Position numbers and translations under genes: made by a program. Under the pieces are notes generated by a model. The model was not told the DNA's origin. It did not search any database and saw only the letters and a list, made by a program, of their open reading frames with translations. A stretch of 64,000 nt of DNA from Candidatus Dojkabacteria bacterium UBA2259 (GTDB lineage: Bacteria > Patescibacteriota > Dojkabacteria > SC72): contig DDXN01000001.1 of assembly GCA_002347605.1 (NCBI GenBank), positions 9,701 to 73,700 on the forward strand, read 5' to 3'. Positions 1 through 9,417 of this stretch are shown one piece after another (position 1 is the first letter of the stretch; every line of letters starts with the position of its first letter).

Positions 1-144
1 AGAGAGAAAGAGAGGAATACAAATGTAGTTTTTGTGGGAGAGTACCTTACTGATGTAAAAAAGATTGTAGAAAATACAAAAGGGCTCCATATGAAAGAAC
101 CCTTTAATATCTATATCCTTGTACTATTTGAACCTATTCCGTAG
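1..144 (+). CDS. possible 3' end of a gene entering from the left edge
   Basis: Frame 1 is open from base 1 to TAG at 142-144 (REKERNTNVVFVGEYL...FEPIP*); no recognisable motif. Confidence 0.3.
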   Translation, partial: REKERNTNVVFVGEYLTDVKKIVENTKGLHMKEPFNIYILVLFEPIP

Positions 145-2395
145 CTTCGTCTATCTCCTCTATTTCTTCTACATTGATATCAGCACCTAACTCTTTAAGT
201 GAGTTTACAATACTTTCATATATCTCACCTGTATCCTGTTTGTTTACTTCTAGAATCTCTTTTGCTGCTTCAAGATAGGCTATAGAATTCTCTTTATCCC
301 CCTGCTCATTTAATATACTTGCTGAAAGGACAAGAGATGGAACATGTTGACGATTAATTGTCAACACAGTATTAAATGCAGACAGAGCCTTCTCGTAATC
401 TTCTTTTACCATATATATCTGACCTGCCTTGTAGTATGAATCATAATCCAAAGGATTAATATTTACAGAATTTTGAAGTGCACTTAATGCATCTTCGCTG
501 TAATCAGATAGACCCACACCAATTAAACCAACATATACTGATGCTCTAGTGTTCCAGTTAGCATATGTAAGTGGAGATGTTTTTACGGCTTCCTTAGATA
601 GATCTATTGCAGTATTTTTCCAAAGAGTAATACTTGATAAAATACCGTCTTTAGTAGTATCCTCTGCATCTTCGTATTGTTCACTCAAGAGTCTTACTAT
701 TTCAAGAGATACTAAACTTGCTTTTCTGTTAACATATGGATCCTTTGCATCATACTGAAGAGCTTTGTCATAGTACCCCGCCATCCTTTCCAGATACTCC
801 TCTCTAACATCCATTGGCACTTCTCCTTCATAATCTGCATACTCTGCATTCTTCTCAAGATTATATGACTCTGCCCTTACTACGTAAGCAACACTCATTG
901 TTTTGACAAAGAGAAACACCATCCCTGCAGTAACCATAAGAGTAACAAGAATTGTAAAGAACCAATTAATACCCTCCATTGTCTTGTTAATATTCTTTGT
1001 TTCTTTCCCAACATTTACAGCCCAGAACTTGAGAATAAACTCTTCATTATTATCCTCTTTGTTATTAAAGACTATTAGAAGTAATGTTGATACAAACAGA
1101 AGGAAGTAAATCAAGAAAGAGAAAGGCAAGAATATTGATCCTAAGAATATGAATAGACTGTTTAGACCAAGTAAAAATACTAATGTACCTCTTTCGCTTT
1201 TTGCGGAGGCAATCTGTTTGATGAGAAGTTTTAGGTATGAAAGACCCAAGATTACCCATACAGTAACACCAATTAACCCTCGATTAGCTAGAACCGTAAA
1301 GACTTCATTCGAACCAGAAACAAAGGTAGTATTACCAAGTGCAATAACCCCATCGGTAGAAGGTTTAAATAGGTTGTATGCAATACCAAATGAATCATTC
1401 CCTAAACCAATCAGACCTCTTAGAAAATCATTCACTATTGAGGAACTGGCAACTACCCAAGATATATCAGCACCTAATCGAATTGGATTTAATGTACTAA
1501 AGGTATCTCCCAATATTGATTTAATAAAGGACTCATATTGGAATCCAATACTAAAAGCAAGAGAAAGGGCAGAGAACGCAAACAACAAAATTGGAATAGC
1601 CTTAAGTGATTTCTCAAGCTTTAACCAAAGTAGTATACATACAGGTATCATTACAACAAAGAATAGTACTGGTATCAAGGCACCCTGACTAACTGAGAAC
1701 ATAGTTAAAGAGAGAAATGAAACAACTAAAGCAACAATAGGGTATATTATTGCTTGGATTTTTTTCTTCTGAATGAAATTGATTAACAAGAAAACATTAA
1801 GAAATATTGAAACACCCGAAAGTAGCATTATCTCTTGAAATGAGAAAGTTAGTGGTAATCCAACTACAAAGAAATTTTTTACATATGGAATCCAACCAAA
1901 CACATTAACTTTTAACATTGATAATGCACTTATTCCAATAAGGGAAAGTAAACCAAGAGAAAGTGCTGTAACAGCTTTTACTATCTCTGACTTCTTCTGA
2001 AGAAAACCTCTTGATAGATAGAAGAAAAGGAAAAGGAATATCATTACAAAGAATCCTGTCCCAAACCTCCCATCATAACCCCACATGGACATCCATGGAT
2101 CCCTTGCAAACACCGTTGATAGCAGGAAAGAGATTAAAAGAAGGAGAAATATCTTATCCAGTGAAGATTTAACAATAGATATTTTACCATCCCAAATCCA
2201 CTTAATAATCTCTAGAAGAATTATTAAAGAGGAAAGGAATATAAAGACAATACCCTTTATCTTCTCTGTTGAATCGTATGGTAGGGGAATAATAAACCAT
2301 GGAATCACAAAGAGTGTGATGTAAAGTACAATCCTTTGTAATTTCGAAATCATATCGAATACAGAAGATATAGATGTGTTTTTCTCTTCAGACAT
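134..2395 (-). CDS. polytopic membrane protein, O-antigen ligase/oligosaccharyltransferase-like, with C-terminal TPR repeats
   Basis: About 12-13 hydrophobic segments; GLGNDSF and NEVFTVLANRGLIG resemble Wzy_C/O-antigen ligase loop motifs; TPR-like helices (ALQNSVNINPLDYDSYYKAGQIY). Confidence 0.7.
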   Translation of the reverse strand: MSEEKNTSISSVFDMISKLQRIVLYITLFVIPWFIIPLPYDSTEKIKGIVFIFLSSLIILLEIIKWIWDGKISIVKSSLDKIFLLLLISFLLSTVFARDPWMSMWGYDGRFGTGFFVMIFLFLFFYLSRGFLQKKSEIVKAVTALSLGLLSLIGISALSMLKVNVFGWIPYVKNFFVVGLPLTFSFQEIMLLSGVSIFLNVFLLINFIQKKKIQAIIYPIVALVVSFLSLTMFSVSQGALIPVLFFVVMIPVCILLWLKLEKSLKAIPILLFAFSALSLAFSIGFQYESFIKSILGDTFSTLNPIRLGADISWVVASSSIVNDFLRGLIGLGNDSFGIAYNLFKPSTDGVIALGNTTFVSGSNEVFTVLANRGLIGVTVWVILGLSYLKLLIKQIASAKSERGTLVFLLGLNSLFIFLGSIFLPFSFLIYFLLFVSTLLLIVFNNKEDNNEEFILKFWAVNVGKETKNINKTMEGINWFFTILVTLMVTAGMVFLFVKTMSVAYVVRAESYNLEKNAEYADYEGEVPMDVREEYLERMAGYYDKALQYDAKDPYVNRKASLVSLEIVRLLSEQYEDAEDTTKDGILSSITLWKNTAIDLSKEAVKTSPLTYANWNTRASVYVGLIGVGLSDYSEDALSALQNSVNINPLDYDSYYKAGQIYMVKEDYEKALSAFNTVLTINRQHVPSLVLSASILNEQGDKENSIAYLEAAKEILEVNKQDTGEIYESIVNSLKELGADINVEEIEEIDEATE

Positions 2396-2437
2396 TTTAG
2401 GACAGTAATTAATTTATCTTAGAGTATATGCTAACAG

Positions 2438-2470
2438 AAAATTGAGGGGGCTCCAAGCCCCCTTTAATTT
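2438..2470 (-). terminator. intrinsic terminator after dnaK
   Basis: GGGGGCT-CCA-AGCCCCC stem (2446-2462) with AT-rich extension, followed on the minus strand by a T-rich tract; lies immediately after the dnaK stop. Confidence 0.8.
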
Positions 2471-4396
2471 TTATTCAACTACTTCTCCCTCTTTGACATC
2501 CTCGTCCTTTTTTTTGTCATCATCATCACCCTTCTTCTCCTTGTCATCATCATCTTTCTTCTCTTCCTTTTTAGAAGAGTCTGCTGATGCTTTCTCATAC
2601 ATTTTTTTACTAACCTTTTGCATCTCCTCTGTTAGTTTCTCTACTTTCTCTTCAACTTCTTCACTATTAAAATCGTCCTTCTCAATTAATTTCTTTACTT
2701 CTTCAACTCCTTTCTCTAACTCTTTTTTGTCATCTTCCTCAATCTTGTCTCCATTCTCTTTAAGAAGTTTCTCTATGTTGAAACATAGTGAATCTGCATT
2801 ATTTCTCTTCTCTGCCCTCTCCTTTTTCTTTTTGTCTTCATCTGCATGTTTTGCAGCCTGGGCAACCATCTCTTCAACCTCTTCGTCCTTTAACCCTGTA
2901 GATGCGGTAATAGTAATCTTTTGCTCTTTATTAGTTGCTAGATCTTTAGCGTTAACATTTAAAATACCATTAGCATCTATTGTAAAGATAACTTCAATCT
3001 GAGGGATACCTCTTGGTGCAGGTGGAATACCATCAAGTATAAATCTACCCAAAGTCTTGTTATCCTCTGCCATCTCTCTTTCTCCTTGAAGAATATGAAT
3101 CTCTACACCAGGTTGATTATCAGCAGCCGTACTAAATATCTGTTTCTTCTCAACGGGTATAGTTGTATTTCTGTCTATCAATTTAGTCATAACACCACCT
3201 AAGGTTTCTAAACCTAAAGATAGGGGAGTGACATCTAAAAGAGTAATATCTTTAACATCTCCGCCTAATACACCTCCTTGAACAGCAGCACCAATAGCGA
3301 CTACTTCATCAGGGTTTACTCCTTTGTTTGGTTCTCTGTTAAATATCTCTTTGACCTTTTTAATTACAGCCGGCATTCTAGTCATACCACCAACAAGTAA
3401 GACCTCATCAATATCCTTTGTACTTAGTTTTGCATCTTTAAGTGCTTTCTCACATGGTTTAACAGTTTTCTCTATTAAATCAGCTGTTAATTTCTCCAAA
3501 TCAGACCTATTCATCTTAACTTTAAGATGTTTTGGCCCAGAGGATGTAGCAGTAATGTATGGAATATTAATTTCTGTTTCTTCTGATGTAGAAAGTTCAA
3601 TCTTCGCTTTTTCAGCAGCCTCCTTAAGTCTTTGAAGTGCAGTCCTATCTCCTTTAAGATCTACTCCATCACTATCTTTAAAATCTTTAGCAAGCTTGTC
3701 AATTATCTTTTGATCAAAATCATCACCACCAAGATGTGTATCTCCATTTGTTGAAAGTACTTCAAATACTCCATCACCAATCTCTAACAGGGAAATATCA
3801 AATGTACCACCACCTAGGTCAAAAATAGCAATCTTTTCATCTTTGTGATTATCCAATCCATAAGCAAGAGCTGCTGCTGTTGGTTCGTTTACAATCCTTT
3901 TAACATCTAAACCAGCTATTTTACCTGCATCCTTTGTTGCTTGTCTTTGAGAATCATCAAAGTATGCTGGAACTGTAATTACAGCCTCAGTAACTTTCTC
4001 ACCCAAAAACTCTTCAGCATCTTTTTTCATCTTAGCTAATATCTTTGCTGATATCTCTTGAGGTGTGAACCAGTTATCACCCATCTTAACCTCAACACCA
4101 TCACTTTTGGATTTCCTCATCTCAAAAGGAAGTAACTCCCTATCCCTTTGGACCTCTGGATCATCCCAAGATCTACCAATTAATCTCTTAACAGAGTAGA
4201 TTGTTCCCTCTGGATTTGTAATTGCTTGGTTTTTTGCTGGAGCACCAACCAAAGTTTCTCCTTTATCATCTAATGCAACCACAGATGGAGTTAGTCTCCC
4301 TCCCTGTGCATTCGCAATAATGTTTGGCTTACCACCAGACATATATGCCATGGCACTATTAGTAGTACCTAGGTCTATTCCTATAATTTTACTCAT
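2471..4396 (-). CDS. dnaK: molecular chaperone DnaK (Hsp70)
   Basis: [34 protein letters not shown] motifs. Confidence 0.99.
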   Translation of the reverse strand: MSKIIGIDLGTTNSAMAYMSGGKPNIIANAQGGRLTPSVVALDDKGETLVGAPAKNQAITNPEGTIYSVKRLIGRSWDDPEVQRDRELLPFEMRKSKSDGVEVKMGDNWFTPQEISAKILAKMKKDAEEFLGEKVTEAVITVPAYFDDSQRQATKDAGKIAGLDVKRIVNEPTAAALAYGLDNHKDEKIAIFDLGGGTFDISLLEIGDGVFEVLSTNGDTHLGGDDFDQKIIDKLAKDFKDSDGVDLKGDRTALQRLKEAAEKAKIELSTSEETEINIPYITATSSGPKHLKVKMNRSDLEKLTADLIEKTVKPCEKALKDAKLSTKDIDEVLLVGGMTRMPAVIKKVKEIFNREPNKGVNPDEVVAIGAAVQGGVLGGDVKDITLLDVTPLSLGLETLGGVMTKLIDRNTTIPVEKKQIFSTAADNQPGVEIHILQGEREMAEDNKTLGRFILDGIPPAPRGIPQIEVIFTIDANGILNVNAKDLATNKEQKITITASTGLKDEEVEEMVAQAAKHADEDKKKKERAEKRNNADSLCFNIEKLLKENGDKIEEDDKKELEKGVEEVKKLIEKDDFNSEEVEEKVEKLTEEMQKVSKKMYEKASADSSKKEEKKDDDDKEKKGDDDDKKKDEDVKEGEVVE

Positions 4397-4414
4397 TATT
4401 GTATATATAAAAAA

Positions 4415-4963
4415 TTATTTACTCTTAGTAACGACCACTCTTGATGGTCGTATAACAGTATCATCTAAAACATATCCCGGTTGAATCACATCAAAAATAA
4501 CTCCTGGAGTATCTCCATCTACTACACTTAACGCCTCATGGACAGACGTATCAAATTTTGTACCTTTCTGGGGTACAAACTTTTTCAACCCAATATCCTC
4601 TAATCCTTTTTCTAAATTACTTAATATCCCAATTACACCATTAGCCCAAGAGAGTGATTTCTCATCAAAAGTAATACTCTCTTTGCTTTTAATAGCCATC
4701 GTTAAATCATCAACAACAGGTATTAATTTTTCAACCAAAGATTTCCTTGATTGTAGATACAAAAGATTTAATCTCTTTTGAGTATTAGCCTCAAGGTTAT
4801 GATAATCTGCTAATGCTTTCTTAAGCTGATTAATAATTGTCAACTTCTCATCCTCAACAGTATCAATAAGTAAAGCTAACTCTTGTATTTTCTTTTCTAA
4901 TTCAACTTCTTTTTTTACAGTCTTTTCCTTTGTAACACCTTTTGTGTTATTAATATTTTTCAT
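4415..4963 (-). CDS. grpE: nucleotide exchange factor GrpE
   Basis: ALADYHN, FDTSVHEAL, QPGY..DTVIRPSRVVV; lies between hrcA and dnaK; ATG at 4963 preferred over the 4990 start that overlaps hrcA. Confidence 0.95.
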   Translation of the reverse strand: MKNINNTKGVTKEKTVKKEVELEKKIQELALLIDTVEDEKLTIINQLKKALADYHNLEANTQKRLNLLYLQSRKSLVEKLIPVVDDLTMAIKSKESITFDEKSLSWANGVIGILSNLEKGLEDIGLKKFVPQKGTKFDTSVHEALSVVDGDTPGVIFDVIQPGYVLDDTVIRPSRVVVTKSK

Positions 4964-4980
4964 AATACTTGATATATATT

Positions 4981-5709
4981 TTAACTCCATCCTCTCATAA
5001 CATTACGCATAGAGTGTTGGACCTCTCTTAGCGCAGGAACACTTTTTGCATAATCCATTCGTTTGGAACCAATTACTCCAATATGTGCATTGCTTGTATC
5101 CCAAAATGGCAATTGTGTGAATACCATTGAACACTCTCCCAACCCCTCTATACCTGATTCTTCTCCTATGACAAGGGATACTCCAGAGCCACTGTATTTC
5201 TTCATCATATTATTTAGAAAATCACTATCTTCTAAAATATTTACTATCCTTTGTAACTTCTCCCAATCTCTTAACTCTTCATATTTAAACAGATTAGAGA
5301 TTCCCCAATATCTAGAAATATTCTCGATTACAATAAAGGCAACAGAGTCTGTTTCTTCTGAGAGTATCTTAAGTATTGAATTGATTACACTCTCTTTCGA
5401 GAATCTATCTCTAAAAATTCCCTGTCTAATTTCAACAGTAATCATTGGATTTAAAGAGCTACTACCTAATACATTCCCTACATACATTCTGAGTGCTTGA
5501 TCTGTAGGATATCTACCAGAGGAGATATGACTTTTTTCAAGTAAACCAAGCTCCATTAATCTAGACATTTCATTTCTAATTGTTGCAGAGCTAACTCCTA
5601 AGTCATATTTCTCAAGTAAAGAGAGAGACCCTATCTCATCAGCACTTTCCATAAACTCACTTATTATCGCCATTAATATCTCTCTTTGTCTTTCTGTTAT
5701 ACTTTGCAT
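4981..5709 (-). CDS. hrcA: heat-inducible transcription repressor HrcA (short form)
   Basis: VSSATIRNEM, HISSGRYPT, IGVIGSKRMDY; ATG at 5709 lies directly after the CIRCE. Confidence 0.95.
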   Translation of the reverse strand: MQSITERQREILMAIISEFMESADEIGSLSLLEKYDLGVSSATIRNEMSRLMELGLLEKSHISSGRYPTDQALRMYVGNVLGSSSLNPMITVEIRQGIFRDRFSKESVINSILKILSEETDSVAFIVIENISRYWGISNLFKYEELRDWEKLQRIVNILEDSDFLNNMMKKYSGSGVSLVIGEESGIEGLGECSMVFTQLPFWDTSNAHIGVIGSKRMDYAKSVPALREVQHSMRNVMRGWS

Positions 5710-5710
5710 A

Positions 5711-5737
5711 TTAGCACTCAATCAGTTTACCTGCTAA
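5711..5737. promoter_or_regulatory. CIRCE operator (HrcA binding site)
   Basis: TTAGCACTC-N9-ACCTGCTAA vs consensus TTAGCACTC-N9-GAGTGCTAA; lies between the promoter and the hrcA start. Confidence 0.9.
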
Positions 5738-5738
5738 G

Positions 5739-5767
5739 AGTATATTGGTAAATTTTAAATCCGTCAA
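5739..5767 (-). promoter_or_regulatory. sigma70 promoter of hrcA-grpE-dnaK
   Basis: Minus strand TTGACG (5767-5762), 17-bp spacer, TATACT (5744-5739). Confidence 0.8.
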
Positions 5768-5784
5768 GAGCAATTGGCTATAAA

Positions 5785-5813
5785 TTGCAAAATGCCTTCT
5801 TCTTTGCTATACT
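5785..5813 (+). promoter_or_regulatory. sigma70 promoter of rplY
   Basis: TTGCAA, 17 bp, TATACT with extended TG; 10 nt upstream of the ATG. Confidence 0.75.
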
Positions 5814-5823
5814 CTGACTCATT

Positions 5824-6507
5824 ATGGAAAAACTGAAACTACAAAAAAGGGAGGTCGTTGGTAAAAAAGTAAGACATCTTAGACAGAAGGGATTAACTCC
5901 AGCTGTTGTTTACAATGCAAAAGGAGAATCAATTAATACCTTAATGAGCAACTCTGATGCAGATTGGCTATACAGAAATACTACATCAACAACGATATTA
6001 GATACTCAATTAGACAAAGACTCGTACAAAACATTAGTAAAAGAATTTAGCATTAATCCTGTTACCGAGGAAATTAATCATGTATCTCTCTTTCAAATAG
6101 ATGAGAATGCTCCAATGGTATTTACAATACCTTTCAATCTTACTGGTATCTCCCCTGCAGTTAAGAATAACTTAGGAGTATTAGTAAATGTTTTGGATAG
6201 CATTGATGTAAAATGTAAACTCTCCGAATTACAACCATACATTGAGATAGACATATCAAGTCTCGAGAACGTTGGTCAGAATATAAATGTTGATGATATT
6301 AAACTTCCTAAGGGAATGAGTTTAATAAATGACGATTTAGCGAATGCTACAATCGTAACTATTACTGAGATACAAAAGATTGAGGAAGTTGAAACTCCTG
6401 TAGCAGAAGAGGGTGTTGAGGGAGAAGAGGCCTTAGCAGAAGGAGAAGTTCCTGCAGAGGGAGAGGTTCAAACACCACAATCCACACAAGAAGAAAACAA
6501 AAAGTAA
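5824..6507 (+). CDS. rplY: 50S ribosomal protein bL25 (Ctc-type, long form)
   Basis: R..GK.VRHLRQKGLTPAVVY, INPVTEEINHVSL, C-terminal beta domain and acidic tail. Confidence 0.92.
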   Translation: MEKLKLQKREVVGKKVRHLRQKGLTPAVVYNAKGESINTLMSNSDADWLYRNTTSTTILDTQLDKDSYKTLVKEFSINPVTEEINHVSLFQIDENAPMVFTIPFNLTGISPAVKNNLGVLVNVLDSIDVKCKLSELQPYIEIDISSLENVGQNINVDDIKLPKGMSLINDDLANATIVTITEIQKIEEVETPVAEEGVEGEEALAEGEVPAEGEVQTPQSTQEENKK

Positions 6508-6547
6508 AACAGCTATTCATTTTTCCTATTTCTATATATAATCGAAC

Positions 6548-7489
6548 ATGATATCGATAGTTATTACATCTTGGAAAGAACCAGAAACAATAGGGAAATG
6601 TATAAGGTGTATTGCAGATAGAAAATACTCTGGTTTAAATAAACCTTTCGAAATACTACAGATATCTCCTGATAAAGAAACCCTAGATGCCGGATTATTA
6701 GAAGCAAAGAATCTTAATCTTTCAAATACAGAGTATATACAAATTCAAGATCCGAGAAAGGGAAAACCTTCTGCGCTTAACTTAGCTTTTAAGAAGGTAA
6801 AGGGAGAGATAATTATTCTCACTGACGGAGATACATATTTCGAAAAAGATGCAGTAAAAAATCTTCTCATACCATTTAAGAATAAAAATGTCGGGGGAGT
6901 AAGTGGAAGACCGGTATCACAAGACCCACTAAATAACATGTTCGGATACTGGGGACACCTACTCTCTGATTCTGCTCATCATAGAAGATCTCATACAATG
7001 TCTAAGGTTAAAGATACTGAGTACCATATTAGTGAGAAGACTTTTTTCCCACTGAGTGGGTATATTTCGGCTATAAGGAATTTGGAAATAATTCTACCTG
7101 AAAATGTCCTCATTGATGATGGCTACATTTCTTATGCAATCAGAAATCTTGGGTTTGAGATAGCCTATACGCCCAAAGCAATCTCTTATGTAAAATTCCC
7201 CCAGAACATGAGTGATTATATGAAACAAAAGATAAGAGATTTAAGTGGTTTCATACAATTAAAGAAATTTGGATTATTTATTAGAGATAAACAAACAAGA
7301 AGTTTCTGGATTGAACTACAATATGGATTATGGGTATTACTATATGCTAAGAATTTAAAAGAGTTTTTTTGGTCTCTCTATCTCTTTCCTATCAGACTAA
7401 TCGCATGGATTAGATCTTTTTGGAGAGCAAGAATTCTTAATCAAGATTTACCTAAAACTGGATGGGAACGCATCGAGAGTACAAAGTAG
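6548..7489 (+). CDS. family 2 glycosyltransferase
   Basis: ISIVITSWKE, GKPSALN, LTDGD (DxD), IDDG, QKIR. Confidence 0.9.
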   Translation: MISIVITSWKEPETIGKCIRCIADRKYSGLNKPFEILQISPDKETLDAGLLEAKNLNLSNTEYIQIQDPRKGKPSALNLAFKKVKGEIIILTDGDTYFEKDAVKNLLIPFKNKNVGGVSGRPVSQDPLNNMFGYWGHLLSDSAHHRRSHTMSKVKDTEYHISEKTFFPLSGYISAIRNLEIILPENVLIDDGYISYAIRNLGFEIAYTPKAISYVKFPQNMSDYMKQKIRDLSGFIQLKKFGLFIRDKQTRSFWIELQYGLWVLLYAKNLKEFFWSLYLFPIRLIAWIRSFWRARILNQDLPKTGWERIESTK

Positions 7490-7565
7490 CTTCTATTTAC
7501 AATTTCAATATATACTTTAAGATATGTTATCATCCTTAATATCTAACATTTATTAGTAGAATATC

Positions 7566-8475
7566 ATATCTAAACGACCAGTTGCATTCATAACGGGAAT
7601 AACAGGCTAAGATGGATCATATTTAACAGAATTACTATTAGAAAAAGGTTATGATGTTCATGGTATGGTAAGAAAAGCCAGTAATTTCAATACTCAAAGA
7701 TTAGATTCTATCTACAAGGATCCACATGAGTTAGATTCGCATCTTTTTTTTACATTTTGGTGATTTAGCCTCTTCTTCTGTTGTCGATTATCTAATCAGA
7801 CAAATACAACCCAACGAAGTATATAATCTCGGCGCACAAAGCCCACAGAATGAAGATACTCCGTTCTATCCTAGATCTCCATATGGATGTGCGAAGTTAT
7901 TTGGGTATTGGGTTACTAAAAATTACAGAGAAAGTTTCAATATGTTCACATGTAATGAGATACTTTTTAATCATGAATTACCTAGAAGAGGAAAAACTTT
8001 TGTCTCTAGAAAAGTTACACAGGCAGTTGTAAATATCAAATTAGGTAAACAAGAATGTGTATATATGGGAAATATGGACTCCAAAAGAGATTGGGGATAT
8101 GCAAAAGATTATGTAGAAGCTATGTGGCTCATGTTACAAAGAGAAAAACCTGATGATTATGTAATATCTACAGAAGAGACACACTCTGTAAGAGAATTCG
8201 TCGAATTATCATTTAAGTATGTCGACATAGATATTGGATGGTAAGGGAAGGGGTTGGATGAGATAGGTGTAGACAAAGCAACTGGGATAACTAGAGTAAA
8301 AATTGATGAAAAATATTTTAGACCTGCAGAAGTAAATTCCCTTATGGGAGATTCTTCTAAAGCAAGAAAGCTTCTTAATTGGAAACCAAAGGTATCATTC
8401 GAACAATTAGTAGAAATGATGGTTAAGTCTGATTTAGAAAATGAGACCAAAGAGGATACAAAACATCAATTCTAA
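7566..8475 (+). pseudogene. gmd: GDP-mannose 4,6-dehydratase pseudogene
   Basis: [67 protein letters not shown]; ATA in place of a start codon, TAA at 7608 and 8242, +1 frameshift in T8 (7744-7751), internal deletion near 7842. Confidence 0.93.
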
Positions 8476-8489
8476 TTAAGATAGGCTAA

Positions 8490-8957
8490 TTACCATCTAA
8501 AATGTGCAAATGCTTTATTCGCTTCCGCCATTCTCTCAACATCATTCTTCTTCTTAATAGCATCTCCCTCTCCGTTATATGCATTTACCATTTCAACTTC
8601 GAGTAACTTCTCAAAGGATTTACCTGTTTTTGATCTTGACATATCAACAAGCCATCTTACAGCTAAAGTCTCTTGCCTTCTTGGACTAACAGGAACTGGG
8701 ACCTGGTAGTTTGCACCACCGACTCTCCTTGATTTAATCTCAAGTGCAGGCCTAACGTTATCAATTGAGGTATGAACAAACTCAATTACAGGAGAGCTCA
8801 CTTTCTTAGCACCAGACTCAATTGCTTCATACACAAGCTCTTGGGCAATTGACTTTTTCCCTCCTTGCATAACCTTATTGATTAGTCTCCCTATAACCTC
8901 ATCGTTATACTTACTATCTTTTGCAATTATTCTTCTTTTAGATCTCTTACCTCTCAT
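8490..8957 (-). CDS. rpsG: 30S ribosomal protein uS7
   Basis: SRRVGGANYQVP, MAEANKAFAHFRW. Confidence 0.99.
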   Translation of the reverse strand: MRGKRSKRRIIAKDSKYNDEVIGRLINKVMQGGKKSIAQELVYEAIESGAKKVSSPVIEFVHTSIDNVRPALEIKSRRVGGANYQVPVPVSPRRQETLAVRWLVDMSRSKTGKSFEKLLEVEMVNAYNGEGDAIKKKNDVERMAEANKAFAHFRW

Positions 8958-8975
8958 TACTTATTTCTTAATATA

Positions 8976-9392
8976 TTATTCCTCTTTTGGTTTTTTGGCA
9001 CCATACTTAGATCTAGCCTTCTTTCTACCTTTTACACCAGCAGTATCATACTTACCCCTTACTACAATATATTTAACACCTGGTAAGTCTCTTTTTCTAC
9101 CTGCTTTAACCATTACTACTGAGTGTTCCTGAAGATTGTGTCCCTCACCTGGTATATATGCAGTTACTTCCATTCCATTTGAAAGCCTTACTCTTGCAAC
9201 CTTACGAAGTGCTGAGTTAGGTTTTTTAGGAGTCATAGTTTTAACTTGAATACATACAGCCCTCTTAAACGGGTTATTAACTCTTTTATACCTATTCTTT
9301 AAAGGATTAAAATTTGTAGCTAAGGCGATATGTTTCCTTTTCTCTTTCTTAGCTTCCCTAGGTTTTCTTATCAACTGATTAATAGTCGGCAT
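8976..9392 (-). CDS. rpsL: 30S ribosomal protein uS12
   Basis: [38 protein letters not shown]. Confidence 0.99.
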   Translation of the reverse strand: MPTINQLIRKPREAKKEKRKHIALATNFNPLKNRYKRVNNPFKRAVCIQVKTMTPKKPNSALRKVARVRLSNGMEVTAYIPGEGHNLQEHSVVMVKAGRKRDLPGVKYIVVRGKYDTAGVKGRKKARSKYGAKKPKEE

Positions 9393-9417
9393 GGTTCGTA
9401 TTATACAACAAAATCAA

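Noticed and set aside
2442-3002. 186-aa Ser/Phe-rich ORF on the plus strand
   Set aside because: Antisense shadow of the Lys/Glu-rich dnaK C-terminus; the same applies to most short opposite-strand ORFs in the track
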